Assembly (NCBI GenBank): GCA_963745335.1
Contig: CAVUXP010000010.1
Coordinates: 8,459-72,458 of the forward strand
Source of the DNA: an uncultured Actinomycetota bacterium
GTDB lineage: Bacteria > Actinomycetota > Actinomycetes > Actinomycetales > Dermatophilaceae
Direction of reading: 5' to 3'
Length of the DNA stretch: 64,000 nucleotides
Numbering within the stretch: the first letter of the stretch is position 1; every line of letters begins with the position of its first letter. Made by a program: the position numbers and the translations under genes. This document shows, one piece after another, positions 38,571 to 49,117 of this stretch. The notes below the pieces were generated by a model. That model did no database searches. It was not told the origin of the DNA and saw only the letters and a list, made by a program, of their open reading frames with translations.

Positions 38571-39387
38571 ATGACACCGAAGGAGCTCCGCCACGAGGAC
38601 CTCACCGGGGGCGACGCTCGACCATGTCGACCTCACCGGGGCGACGCTCGACCACGTCGACCTCACCGACGCGACGCTGCGGATGGTCGACCTCACCCGG
38701 GCCCGGTTCCGCGGCGTCGCCGTCCACCACACGAGCATCCGTGGCGCCGAGCTCGTCGACGTCGACATCAGCGGCGACGTCGACGGGTTGCGGGTCAACG
38801 GGGTCGACGTCACGGCATACGTCGAGGCGGAGCTGACCCGACGCCACCCCGAGCGGGCCCTCCTCGAGCCGCGCACCGCCGACGGTTTCCGAGAGGTGTG
38901 GCCGGTCCTCGAGGGGCTCTGGGCCGAGACCGTCGAGCGGGCCCGCGCCCTCGAGGCACGCTCGCCGGGGATCCTCCACGAGCGGGTCGGTGACGAGTGG
39001 TCCTTCATCGAGACCCTCCGCCACCTCGTCTTCGCCACCGACGCCTGGGTATGCCGCGTCGTCCTCGGCGACCCGAGCCCGTGGGACCCGCTCGACCTCC
39101 CGTTCGACGAGATGGGCGACATCCCCGAGGTCCCGTGGGACCGCGAGGCCCGCCCGAGCCTCGACGCGGTCCTCGCGCTGCGCGCCCAGCGGATGGCGAC
39201 CGTCGGCCGGGTCCTCGCCGACCTCACCGACGCCCGGCTCGCCGAGTCGACCGAGCCGGTGACCGAGCCCGGCTATCCCGAGTCGCGCAGCTACCCCGTC
39301 TCGCGGGCCCTGCTCGCCATCCTCAGCGAGGAGTGGTGGCACCGGCAGTATGCCGAGCGCGACCTCGCCGTCCTCGCCGCCCGCTGA
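38571..39387 (+). pseudogene. pentapeptide-repeat / DinB-family fusion protein, frame-shifted at a G5 run
   Basis: ATG 38571 (MTPKELRHEDLTG). The text DLTGATLDHVDLTGATLDHVDLTDATL is recovered if GGGGG 38607-38611 is read as GGGG, as in the second copy (38638-38641). The remainder is ORF 38683..39387 (WSFIETLRHLVFATDAW, EEWWHRQYAERD). Confidence 0.75.
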
Positions 39388-39503
39388 CCCCGACGACCGA
39401 CGACCCTCGACCAACCTCCTGGACCGGCCGGACCGCGGCCGAGCCCGAGGACCACCGACCACCCCCAGACCGAGACCAGCCACCACCCCAGGAGCGACCC
39501 TCG

Positions 39504-40076
39504 ATGGCCACCGTCATCCTCTTCCACCACATCCAGGGCCTCACCTCCGGCGTCGAGGCCTTCGCCGAGGCGCTGCGCGGGGACGGACACGTCGTCCACA
39601 CCCCCGACTCCTTCGAGGGCCGCACGTTCGCCTCGATCGAGGAGGGCCAGGCCTACCTCGGCGAGATCGGCTTCGGCACCGCCGCCACGCGGGCGGTGGC
39701 CGCCGCCGAGGACCTACCCGCCGACGCCGTCTACGGAGGGTTCTCCCTCGGGGTCATGCCCGCGATGCGGCTCATCGAGACCCGGCCGGGTGCCCGCGGT
39801 GGACTGCTCTACCACGGGTTCGTCGACCCGGCGGAGTTCGGCGCCTGGCCCGCGGGCGTCCCGGCCCAGATCCACGCGATGGACGCCGACCCGTTCTTCG
39901 TCGACGAGGGCGACATCGTCCCGGCTCGCGCCTTCGTCGAGGCCACCGAGGGTGCCGAGCTCTTCCTCTACCCCGGCGCCGAGCACCTGTTCACGGACGG
40001 CTCGCTCGCGGCATACGACGCGGCCGCGACGGCACTCGTCCTCGAGCGCAGCCGGGAGTTCCTCGCGCGGCTCTGA
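39504..40076 (+). CDS. dienelactone hydrolase family protein
   Basis: ATG 39504 behind AGGAG. MATVILFHHIQGLTSGV ... YGGFSLGV ... YPGAEHLF. Confidence 0.8.
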   Translation: MATVILFHHIQGLTSGVEAFAEALRGDGHVVHTPDSFEGRTFASIEEGQAYLGEIGFGTAATRAVAAAEDLPADAVYGGFSLGVMPAMRLIETRPGARGGLLYHGFVDPAEFGAWPAGVPAQIHAMDADPFFVDEGDIVPARAFVEATEGAELFLYPGAEHLFTDGSLAAYDAAATALVLERSREFLARL

Positions 40077-40082
40077 CGCCGA

Positions 40083-40141
40083 CCAGGGGTGGGGATCCGC
40101 CCCATCAGGGCGCGCGATGGGGCCGATCGCCACCCGTCGCG
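40083..40141. repeat. family-A hairpin repeat, single copy
   Basis: CCAGGGGTGGGGATCCGCCCC-ATCAGGGCGCGCGAT-GGGGCCGATCGCCACCCGTCG, between two convergent gene ends. Confidence 0.8.
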
Positions 40142-40148
40142 GCGGGCG

Positions 40149-40364
40149 TCACTCCCAGGGGCGCTCCCGGACGTCCGCGTCGCGCGACAGCTCCGGGGCG
40201 TCGAGCGAGAACGGCCCGCGGGTCCGCGTCACGTCCTGGAACAGCGCGGTGCCGGGGTTGAAGATGTACTGCGCCCGGCGCAGAACCCAGAGCAGCCCGA
40301 GGGGGATGGCCCGCAGCACCCGCCCGGTCGCGTGCCGGATCGTCGTGGGCCGCGAGCTCGTCAT
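40149..40364 (-). CDS. small hypothetical protein (71 aa)
   Basis: Almost every codon ends in G/C, which supports coding. No motif recognised. Confidence 0.45.
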   Translation of the reverse strand: MTSSRPTTIRHATGRVLRAIPLGLLWVLRRAQYIFNPGTALFQDVTRTRGPFSLDAPELSRDADVRERPWE

Positions 40365-40402
40365 CGACCCACGGTACCAACCGAGCCGGTCGAGGAGCGG
40401 TC

Positions 40403-41467
40403 GTGACGTCGGCCGTCGGGCCCTCGGTCGGCGGAGCGCCGCGATGGGAGAATGGCCGGGTGAGTCAGCCCGGCCCGACCTCCACTCCCGTGCTCACCGG
40501 CATCCCTGCGCCCAGTAACACCTTCGTCGTCCCGGGCGCGAAGATCCTGTACGTCTCGGTGACGAAGGTCGCGTGCACGAGCCTGCGGTGGATGATCGCC
40601 GACCTCGCGGGAGAGGACCTCGAGTCCTTCTACGATGCCCCGTCGGCGCACCAGACCCGGCTCATGACCATCCACCGCGAGCGCTCGTTCTGGAAGCTGG
40701 CTCCCCAGCTCGGCCGCGCCCCCGAGGAGCTGCGCGCCGAGATCTCGCCCGACAACGGATGGCTCGTCTTCGCGGTCGTCCGCGACCCGTGGAGCCGGCT
40801 GTGGTCGGCGTGGCAGTCGAAGTTCCTCGTCCGGCATACCCCCTACGTCCGTCACTACGAGCAGGAGCCGTGGTTCCCCCGGCCGGTCACCTCGCAGGAG
40901 GGGGTCATCGAGGACTTCGCCCGGTTCGTCGAGGCGGCGCCGTGGCAGAGCCACCTACGGCTGCGCCACGACCGGCACTTCCGGCCGCAGGTGGACTCGG
41001 TGGCACCGTCGGGCATCGCCTACTCGCGGATCTACGACCTCGCCCGGCTCGACGAGCTCTTCGACGACCTCCACGCCCACCTCGAGGGGCTCGGCATGGA
41101 CCGCGAGCTCTACCTGCCCCGCGCCAACGAGACGCCACTGCCGCTCATCCGGCCCGTCTACCCGGATGCGCTGCTCGACCGGGTGGAGGAGCTGTATGCC
41201 GCGGACGTCGCCGCCTTCGGGGACCGATGGGACCGCGACACGATCCGCTTCAAGGGCGAGTCCTGGACGGCCGACGCGCTCGAGCACGCGGCCTACCACG
41301 GGGTGGCGAACGAACGGATCGGCGACCTCTCGGCGACGGTCAAGCGGCTCCAGCGCGAGCTCGCCGCCCAGCGGGCCGAGGGGCCGATCGGCCGGCTCAG
41401 CGCACACGCCGCCCGCCTCAAGCACGGTCCGCTGCGCGACCAGGTGCGCCGCGCCCTCGGCCGCTGA
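40403..41467 (+). CDS. sulfotransferase family protein (Sulfotransfer_2-like)
   Basis: GTG 40403 behind GAGGAG. ILYVSVTKVACTSLRWM ... FAVVRDPWSRLWSAWQSKF. Confidence 0.7.
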   Translation: MTSAVGPSVGGAPRWENGRVSQPGPTSTPVLTGIPAPSNTFVVPGAKILYVSVTKVACTSLRWMIADLAGEDLESFYDAPSAHQTRLMTIHRERSFWKLAPQLGRAPEELRAEISPDNGWLVFAVVRDPWSRLWSAWQSKFLVRHTPYVRHYEQEPWFPRPVTSQEGVIEDFARFVEAAPWQSHLRLRHDRHFRPQVDSVAPSGIAYSRIYDLARLDELFDDLHAHLEGLGMDRELYLPRANETPLPLIRPVYPDALLDRVEELYAADVAAFGDRWDRDTIRFKGESWTADALEHAAYHGVANERIGDLSATVKRLQRELAAQRAEGPIGRLSAHAARLKHGPLRDQVRRALGR

Positions 41468-41687
41468 CCCGCCCCTCGAGCTCGACGCGCCCCGGGCCGC
41501 TCGCCCCGACGGCTGTGAGCGGTTCGGGATTGTGAGACGCGGTATTGCACTCACGCTCGGTTCTGAGACACGGCCGGCTCCGGACTTCGAGACCGGGCCC
41601 GCACGGTTGACCCTTGCGCCCTCCTGGCTGGCCCGTCGCTGCGAGGTTGCTGCATATGCGGCGGAGTGCAGCGGGTCTCGGCGACGG

Positions 41688-42020
41688 CTACCGGCTGAGG
41701 TCGACGATGCAGAACAGCGTTCCGACAGGGTCAGCGAGCACGACAAAGTCGGCGTCGTCGGGATACTCCCAATCGACCCGTGTAGCACCCAGAGCGGTGA
41801 GGCGGTCAACCTCCGCGAGCTGCTCTTGTGCACTGTCGACCCAGAGGTCCAGATGGGTCCGGTCGTCCTCGTCCAGGTGCAGGCGAGGGCCGGTTCCGAC
41901 CTCGGGGACCAAGAACGCCGGGTTGTGCGGCTGCCTCGAGTAGCCCAGCGCTGCGGACCAGAACCCGCCGGCCACCTCGACGTCCCGAACGTTCATCACC
42001 ACGGCCCCGAGTCGCACCAT
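41688..42020 (-). CDS. VOC (glyoxalase-like) family protein
   Basis: MVRLGAVVMNVRDVEVAGGFWSAALGY ... LADPVGTLFCIV. ORF 41688..42194 trimmed. Confidence 0.7.
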   Translation of the reverse strand: MVRLGAVVMNVRDVEVAGGFWSAALGYSRQPHNPAFLVPEVGTGPRLHLDEDDRTHLDLWVDSAQEQLAEVDRLTALGATRVDWEYPDDADFVVLADPVGTLFCIVDLSR

Positions 42021-42444
42021 GCCCGGAACCCTCGCACAGGCGTCCTCGGTGCGACAACGCCCCACGGGCACCCCGAGGAGGTCGATCTCCCCAGAGTCGC
42101 CGCCGTCCGGGTCAGCCGCCGTGGGGACGGTCGACTGGCGGCGTATGGGGCACCGCCGTCCGCCTGTCCTCCGTCGACTCGCGACGGGTCGCATCCCTCA
42201 TCTGCTGTGCCGTCGCATGGGTGGGCGTGTGTGTCGAACCAGACGCGAGCGACAGCGCCGGTGCGTCGTCGACCTGGCCTGCGGACCGTTGTCAACGGCC
42301 AAGGGAGGGCGGAGTGTGGGCGAGCTGGAACTCGCCTGCACGTCCAGGAGCAGAGCGGGGCCTTGCCGGGTGTCCTTGTGGGCGACGTCGCCTGATCGGG
42401 GGTTGGCCGCGCCGGCTCGGTCGCGGGGCCGCAACGCTTTCGGT

Positions 42445-43103
42445 TCACGCCGTCGAGAGCGCTTCGGCGCGTGTCTTGACGCCGTGGAGGTGGTCGCGGG
42501 ACATGATGAAGTCGGCGGGGACGACGCCGAGGAGGCCGGCGGCGGTGAACCACCATGGCTTGGTGACCCAGCGTGACCTGAAGTGGTAGCGGGTGCGTTG
42601 GCCATCCTCCAGTGGGGTGAGGACGAAGGCCCAGGTCCAGTCGAGCTGGGCGTGCTGTCGCCAGCTCATCGGGAGGTGGCTGTTGGAGCGCAGGACCAGC
42701 GCCCGCTCCGGCTCGAGTTCCACCACGAACAGGCCGCATCGGTCTCCGGCGGCCCGTCCGGGAATGAACGTGCCGACACGGATGTCCTGTAGCTGCGGGA
42801 CGACGCCGTCGGCGCTGGGGCCGTTCGCCGGGAACAGGAGGCGGTCGACCCATCGCGCGGTGTACCACCCGGCTCGACCCCAGCCCATCTGGACCAGCCA
42901 GGGCCAGATCGCCGACGGTGGGGCGTCGATGGTGATGGCGTGGTCGGTCTGCACGGGCGGTTGGGGATGATGCTGTCGCCGGGCAGGACAGCAGCGCGCT
43001 CGGCCGGGGTCGATCCGTAGGTGCGGCCGAGGCGGACCAGGACCGCCTCCGCGCCGGCAGCCACCGCGAGGGCCGACGCCCCCCATGCTGTTCGCGTTCG
43101 CAT
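42445..43103 (-). pseudogene. SRPBCC-like protein, paralog A, frame-shifted as assembled
   Basis: The N-terminus is ORF 42666..43103 (MRTRTAWGASALAV ... LPGDSIIPN). The continuation PVQTDHAITIDAPPSAIWPWLVQMGWGRAGWYT lies in ORF 42445..43086. Shift near 42958. Confidence 0.65.
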
Positions 43104-43104
43104 G

Positions 43105-43800
43105 TCACTCCTCCGTGGCCGTGTGGGGACGTTCGGCTCGTTCGGCGATTCCCAGGAGCATGCGGCGCATCATGGGGAAGTCGCCGAGCTCCATCAGCAG
43201 CAGCGTGACCGGCAGCATCGGCCCGGGGTCGTACCGGGCCTTCAGCCGGGTCACCAGCCGGGTTCCTCCGGCCCCTTCCGGGGTCAGGCGCCAGGACCAG
43301 GTCGAGTCCGGCTTGGCCCAGACCAAGGACCGTGGCTGGTCGAGGATGGCGACGCGGAAGGCGGTGCGCTCGTCCTGCGCTGCGGACATCGGCGCGGCCA
43401 CGTCACCGACGGAGGCGGACTGGAAGGCGCCCAGGATGCTGCGGGCACTGGGGCGGCCGAGATTGTCCACCAGATCATAGGAGTAGAAGCCGGCCCGTCC
43501 GAAGCCGACCTGGACCAGCCACGGCCACACGCGATCCGGCGACGCCTGGATCGAGATCGCTCGGGTGGCAACGAAATGGGCACGCGTCAGCAACTCGTCG
43601 CCCGGCATCGATCCGGCCACCTCCTCGGGTCGCGCGCCCCACTGCAGGTGCCATGCTCGGTATCGCCACGCCAGCGCAGCCGCGCCCCCGGCCGCGCCCG
43701 AGGCACACACCGCTCGACGAACCCGCTCGACACGTCGCGACACGCCAACATCCTCCCCGTGCTGAAGGCGCCTTGGCATGGGACGCCGCGTGAGAGCCAT
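43105..43800 (-). CDS. SRPBCC-like protein, paralog B
   Basis: ISIQASPDRVWPWLVQVGFGRAGFYSYDLVDNLG is clearly paralogous to the downstream gene. Start uncertain (43800 or 43779). Confidence 0.65.
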   Translation of the reverse strand: MALTRRPMPRRLQHGEDVGVSRRVERVRRAVCASGAAGGAAALAWRYRAWHLQWGARPEEVAGSMPGDELLTRAHFVATRAISIQASPDRVWPWLVQVGFGRAGFYSYDLVDNLGRPSARSILGAFQSASVGDVAAPMSAAQDERTAFRVAILDQPRSLVWAKPDSTWSWRLTPEGAGGTRLVTRLKARYDPGPMLPVTLLLMELGDFPMMRRMLLGIAERAERPHTATEE

Positions 43801-43963
43801 CACTGGCCACGCCGTCTCGCGTCCTGCGCCGGTGCGACATGGTTGCGCCGGATGCCTCACGAAAGACGGTACGCGATACGAACCGAGCGGGTGGATCGTC
43901 CCGGCCGCGCGCGATTCTATGTAGCACTTGTAGGTATGGAGTCCGACCGCAGCAGGAGCGAGG

Positions 43964-44315
43964 GTGAGGCCAACAGTTCCGGCGACTGGCGCGCTCCTGG
44001 GAGCAACCGCGGTGTGGGGGCTCGACGTTCGCGGTGACCAAGGGATCGCTCGACGAGCTGGACTCGGCCTCCTTCCTTGCCTGGCGCTTCGGCATCGCAG
44101 GCGTCGTTCTCATCCTGGTGCGGCCGCTCAGCCTGTCGCGCCTGACGCGCTCGGACCGGTTTCGCGCCGCCGTCCTCGGCCTAGCCCTCGCCGCCGGCTT
44201 CCTTCTGCAGACAACCGGGCTGCGCTACACGCTCGTCGGGGTCTCGGGCTTCCTCACGGGAACAGCGGTCGTACTCACCCCCGTTGTGGCCGCGGGCGGA
44301 AGACTGGCCCACTAG
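43964..44315 (+). pseudogene. EamA/DMT transporter fragment (N-terminal third only, also frame-shifted)
   Basis: GALLGATAVWG then (G5 run 44016-44020) STFAVTKGSLDELDSASFLAWRF ... The ORF stops after about 115 aa against the end of the SARP gene, whereas DMT carriers are about 300 aa. Confidence 0.6.
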
Positions 44316-47207
44316 GCGGTCGTCCGATCAGTCCAGGCGAGCGCCCTCTCCGCCGCCAGGTATCCACCCACGACGCTCGCCGCCTCGCGGATCCGTTCCA
44401 GTCGGGTGGTGCCCAGCTCGTCCTCGAGCAGACGGCGCACGGCGGTGTACCTCGGGATGTCGTCACCCATCAGCGGTGGCGCATCGGCTGCGCCCTCGCA
44501 GGCACACAGCAGGAAGGCGCTCTGTTCCGGGCGGCCCATGGCGGCGAGCAGTTCGGCGACGATGCGTAGGCAAGTCCACAGCTGGGGCCAGGCGTCGGTC
44601 TCGAGGGCGATCCGGACGGTCCTGGTGACCTGCGACACGGCGTCGTCAGGCCTCCCGGCGCGCACGAGCGCGGCGAGCAGAGCCACCCGGGCGACCAGCT
44701 CGACATGCCTGGCACCGGTCGTTGCCGCCTCCTCAGCGGCGGCCGCCAGCAGCGACGCTCCGCGGTCGGGGCTTCGGAACGCCGCTTCGCCGGCCGCGTA
44801 GCGCGCGAACGCCTGCACGGACGCGGACCCGGAGCACTCTGCCAGCAGCATCGCCGCCGCCCCTTCGTCGGTGGCGTGCTCGGTGTCCCCCTGATAGCGG
44901 AGCAACAGAGCGAGGCTGCTGTGCGCTTCGGCCTGCAGTGCCGGTGCCAGGTCGGTGATCCGGAGGATCGACCGCCAATGCCGCTCGGCCTCTGCCAGGT
45001 CACCGCCGTAGAGCGCGGCGACGCCCAACGCGGTCTGAGCCAGGAAGCGCGCCCGGACGCTCAGGGGCCCCTTCGAACCGACGAGCAGCGGCTCGGCCAG
45101 CTCACGGCACTGCGAGAGCCGACCCCGTCCGGCGAGCACCATGGCTCCAGCCGCGACGCCACCCGGGTGCACTGCGCCATTCTGGGCGCACGTTCCGCCG
45201 GTCTCGATGACCAGGTCGAGGAGCCGAGGGTGCGCGGACCAGTGTGGGCAGACGCCCAGGGCCTCACTGATCCGCGAGGCGAGGTCGAGGTCCGGCTCGT
45301 CCAGAGCGCTTCTCAAGGCGATCTCGAGGTCCTGGTGATACCGGTCGAGAGTGGCGAGGGCACTCACGCATCGCGGGCCGGTCACGTCCCGTGCGGCCAG
45401 GTCGGTGAGGTCCACGATCCACCGGACGTGTGCCATCCGGGCGGCCTGCGTCCATCCAGAGGCATGGAGGATCCGAGCCGCCTCGGCGCGGAGGACGGTG
45501 AGCATCCGGTACTGCGGCGGGTCGGACGTCTCGGCGACCGCGACCAGGCTGGCGTCGACGAGGTCGGCAAGCATCGGCGCGACCGGCTTCGACGGGGGCT
45601 CCGCCATGGCGGCCACCAGCGACTCGACGGCATCCAGCTCGAACCGGGACGCGAACACGGACAGCATTGCGAACAGCTCGTACTCGGGGCGAGGCAGCAG
45701 ACGAGTCGACCAGTCCACCATGGCAGTCACGCGGTCCGGGTCGAGCATGGAGAGGTCCTGCTCCAGACGGTCGCGCACCGCTTCGGCGCCCAGGACGGCG
45801 ATGCGGGGGGCCACGAGCTCGAGCGCCAGGGGCAGACCGTCGAGCCGGTGACAGATGTCGGCGATGGCCGCGACCCTCTCGGGAGTGACCGCGAACGCGG
45901 GACGGGCATGCCGCACCCGGTCCAGGACCAGCAGCACGGCTGGCGGTTCGTCCCCGGCCGGCACCGGAAGGGGGGCCACCTCCAGCACTCTCTCGTGCGG
46001 AAGCCCGGTTCGTCGGCGGCTGGTGATCACCACGTGCAGCGACGCAACCCGACGCAGGAGGAGGTCGATCCTGCGCGTCAGGTGCTCGAGAAGGTGCTCG
46101 GCGTCGTCGAGCACGAGCAGCGCCGGGAAAGCGCGCAGCCGTGCGACCAGCGCGGCGGGCAGGCCTTCCTCGTCGGCAGTCCCGCTCGTGCGTGCGATCG
46201 CCCTCAGGAGCGCGACGTCGAGGTCCGGCTGCTCCACGTTCGCGAGCTCAGCCACGACGACCGGTAGGCCGGTGAGAGCGGCAAGTCGCGGCAGCGACTC
46301 GGCGACCAGTCGGGTCTTCCCGACGCCGCCCGGCCCGGTGACCGTGACGAGCCGACTGTTTGCCACCGCCGCTGCGAGGCGCGCGGCGTCGCCGTCTCTG
46401 CCGACGAAGAGCGTCGAGGTGTCGACCCACTGCGGCACCGGATGATCCGAGCACCGGCTCAGGTTCCTGGATCACCCGGGACTCGTCGCCGGCCAAGAGG
46501 CGGACGTTGAGCTGCTGCACCGCCGTCGACGGCTCGAGGCCTAGCTCGGCCACCATCAGGGCACGGTGCTCCCGATACCGAGCCAATGCCTGCGCTGTTC
46601 GATCGCACCGATGCAGCGACCTCATCAGCAGCTCCACAGCGTGCTCACGAAACGGCCTCTCGCGCAGCAGGGACTCGAGCCGCCGCACCGCGTCCGCCGG
46701 GTCGCCCAACTCAAGAGCCAGCCGGGCCCGCTCCTCCTGGGCGTCTGCGTGCAGCAGGTCAAGTCGGCTCATCTCAGCAGCCGTCGCGTCCCGATCTGCG
46801 AGGTCCGCGTATGCCGGCCCCCGCCACAGCCCCAGCGCCAGGTCCAGGAGGGCGGCCGACTCCTCCGGCTGTGCCGTCACCGACTCCCGGCACAATCGCT
46901 CGAACCGGCGTGCGTCCACCGCGTCGGCCGGCACGTCGAGCCGGTAGCCGCCGGTCTCTGCCACGATCGCGTCGCTGCCGAGATGCGACCGAAGTCGGGA
47001 GATCACCGTATGCAGCGCGGCCCGCGGGTCGTGTGGCCGGTCCTGGGGCCACGCCGCCTCGATCAGCGCCTCGGCGGAGACGGCTTCGGGGACGTTCAGA
47101 AGCAGGCAGGCCAGCGCCGTCCGGCGGCGTCCTTCGGGCACGGTGACGGCGCGGCCGTCGCGGCTGACACGTAGCGGCCCCAACACCTCGAAGGTGAGGC
47201 CAGCCAT
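44312..47207 (-). pseudogene. AfsR/SARP-family regulator (wHTH-BTAD-NB-ARC ATPase-TPR), one frame shift as assembled
   Basis: The wHTH and BTAD domains lie in ORF 46248..47645 from ATG 47207 (MAGLTFEVLGPLRV ... RLDLLHADAQEERARL). The P-loop TVTGPGGVGKTRL and the TPR-like tail lie in ORF 44312..46438. Shift near 46440. Confidence 0.85.
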
Positions 47208-47294
47208 CCACCCATCGTCGCCCCATCCGAGCGTGTAAGCCAGATGAAAGGCAACTTGGCGAGCGTGGACGCTACAACCACGAGGGAGGACAAC

Positions 47295-47834
47295 ATGTCC
47301 CGGACAGCACCCACCAAGCGCTCCAAGCAACCTCGGCCACAGCCACCCGACCCGCGCCAGGAAGGCGGCCGCAGGCCGGCTCCGGCGCACCTGGTCGCGG
47401 CCGGTGAGGGCGAGCACCTGAGGTTCAGCGGGATGGAGGTGCTGGTTCGGGCGTCCACCGAGTCGACCGGCGGCGCCTTCACCGTGCTGGAGGAGATCGA
47501 CCCCATCGACGTGCCCATGCACGTGCACCACGGGCACGACGAGCTCTTCTACGTACTGGAGGGCGAGCACGTCATCACCGTCGGCGAAACCGGGTACCAC
47601 GCCGGTCCCGGCGACCTGGTGTTCGGGCCGAGGGGCGTGCCGCATGCGCAGGAGCGGCTGGTTCCGCGCGTCGGCCGCATCCTCACCCTGTTCACCCCCG
47701 GCGGGTTCGAGGGCTTCTTCCGCGAACTGGCCGAGGGCGACCTGCGCGGCGTGGTTGACAGTGAGTTCCTGGATCGGATCGCCGCCCGGTACCAGGCGGC
47801 CTGGGTCCGCCCGGCCACGCAGGTTCGGTCATGA
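47295..47834 (+). CDS. cupin domain protein
   Basis: ATG 47295 behind GGGAGGA. VPMHVHHGHDELFYVLEGE ... VFGPRGVPHA. Confidence 0.8.
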   Translation: MSRTAPTKRSKQPRPQPPDPRQEGGRRPAPAHLVAAGEGEHLRFSGMEVLVRASTESTGGAFTVLEEIDPIDVPMHVHHGHDELFYVLEGEHVITVGETGYHAGPGDLVFGPRGVPHAQERLVPRVGRILTLFTPGGFEGFFRELAEGDLRGVVDSEFLDRIAARYQAAWVRPATQVRS

Positions 47835-49093
47835 CCGCCGCCGAGCCCTACGACGTCATCGTCGTCGGCGCGCGCTGCGGCGGCTCGCCGACCGCCATGT
47901 TGCTGGCTCGTCTGGGCTATCACGTGCTCGTGGTGGACCGCAGTCGGTTCCCGTCCGACACGGTGTCGACCCATCTGATCCACCGGCCGGGCATCGCCGC
48001 GCTGCGCCGCTGGGGTCTGCTCGACCGCCTGGTCGCCACCGGCTGCCCCCCGATCGACACCTATCGCTTCGACTTCGGCCCGGTCGTGCTCACCGGAACC
48101 CCACCCGCCGAGGATGGCCGGCGAGACGATGGGGAGCCGCCTGCGCTGTGCCCCCGACGCATCGTGCTGGACCAGCTCCTGCTCGACGCCGCGCGTGAGG
48201 CGGGCGCTGAGGTCCGTGAGGAGTTCAGCGTCCAGGACCTCGTCCGGGACGGGAGCCGGGTCACGGGGATCCGCGGTCGCGGCCCGAAGGGCACCACCAC
48301 AACGGTGCATGCCCGACTGGTCATCGGAGCTGACGGCGCCCACTCCACCATCGCAGAGCTCGTCGGAGCAGACCTCTACCGAGAACAGCCGATGTTGGCC
48401 GGCGCCTACTACTCCTACTGGAGCGGTGCTCCGGTCTCAGCCGCATCGTGGGGCGTCCGCCCCGGCCGCGGTTTCGGCCTGTTCCCCACCCACGACGGGC
48501 TGACCATGGTCCTCGCGGCCTGGCCGCGCTCAGAGCTCCCAGCAGTCAAGCAGGACATCCGGGCCGCCTACCTGGCTGCCGTGCACGACGCGTACCCCGA
48601 GCTGCTGGCCGGTGCGCATCAGGAGGAGCGAGTCGTCGGCCGCGGCTGCGCCAACCACTTCCGGACCGCTGCGGGGCCCGGCTGGGCGCTCGTGGGAGAT
48701 GCCCGATACCTCAAGGACCCTGTCACGGCACAAGGCATCAGCGACGCCTTCCTCGACGCCGAGCACTGCTCGCGAGCGGTTGACCAGTGGTTGTCCGGGG
48801 AACGCAGTTTCGACGAGGCCATGGCCGCCTACCAGCGGGTCCGCGACGAGCAGGTGGCGCAGATCTTCGAGTTCACGACCCAGTTGGCCACACTCGACCC
48901 ACCCCCGGAGCCGATCCAACGGGTGCTCGGAGCGGCCGCCGGGAACCAGGGCGCCATGGACGATTTCGCCGGGGTGTTCGCCGGCACCGTCTCACCCGCG
49001 ACCTTCCTGTCACCTGACCACATGGCGACCCTGATCGGTCCAGCACAGGGCCAACCTGAGGAGGGCCGGGGACGTACTGGGAGTCAGGGGTAG
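47831..49093 (+). CDS. FAD-dependent monooxygenase/oxidoreductase
   Basis: YDVIVVGARCGGSPTA (GxGxxG), LVIGADGAHS, WALVGDARYLKDPVTAQGIS. ATGA overlap with the cupin gene. Confidence 0.85.
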   Translation: MTAAEPYDVIVVGARCGGSPTAMLLARLGYHVLVVDRSRFPSDTVSTHLIHRPGIAALRRWGLLDRLVATGCPPIDTYRFDFGPVVLTGTPPAEDGRRDDGEPPALCPRRIVLDQLLLDAAREAGAEVREEFSVQDLVRDGSRVTGIRGRGPKGTTTTVHARLVIGADGAHSTIAELVGADLYREQPMLAGAYYSYWSGAPVSAASWGVRPGRGFGLFPTHDGLTMVLAAWPRSELPAVKQDIRAAYLAAVHDAYPELLAGAHQEERVVGRGCANHFRTAAGPGWALVGDARYLKDPVTAQGISDAFLDAEHCSRAVDQWLSGERSFDEAMAAYQRVRDEQVAQIFEFTTQLATLDPPPEPIQRVLGAAAGNQGAMDDFAGVFAGTVSPATFLSPDHMATLIGPAQGQPEEGRGRTGSQG

Positions 49094-49117
49094 CTCCAGC
49101 ACCGATGCCCGGCTGGT

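Noticed and set aside
34509-40133. ORFs 34509..34838, 34588..35262, 36318..36737, 39714..40133 and 40089..40406, which share peptide words such as GVAIGP, PEGWR and ADRHPS, looked like a family of small repeat proteins.
   Set aside because: The shared words are translations of the family-A DNA hairpin in various frames and on both strands. The ORFs have no consistent frame, start or G/C3 signal outside the repeat.
47207-47295. CCATCC/CCATCG words (47204, 47212, 47223) upstream of the cupin gene were considered as SARP heptamer direct repeats.
   Set aside because: The spacing (8 and 11 nt) and sequence are too irregular, and the first copy overlaps the SARP start codon. The evidence is not enough to call a binding site.
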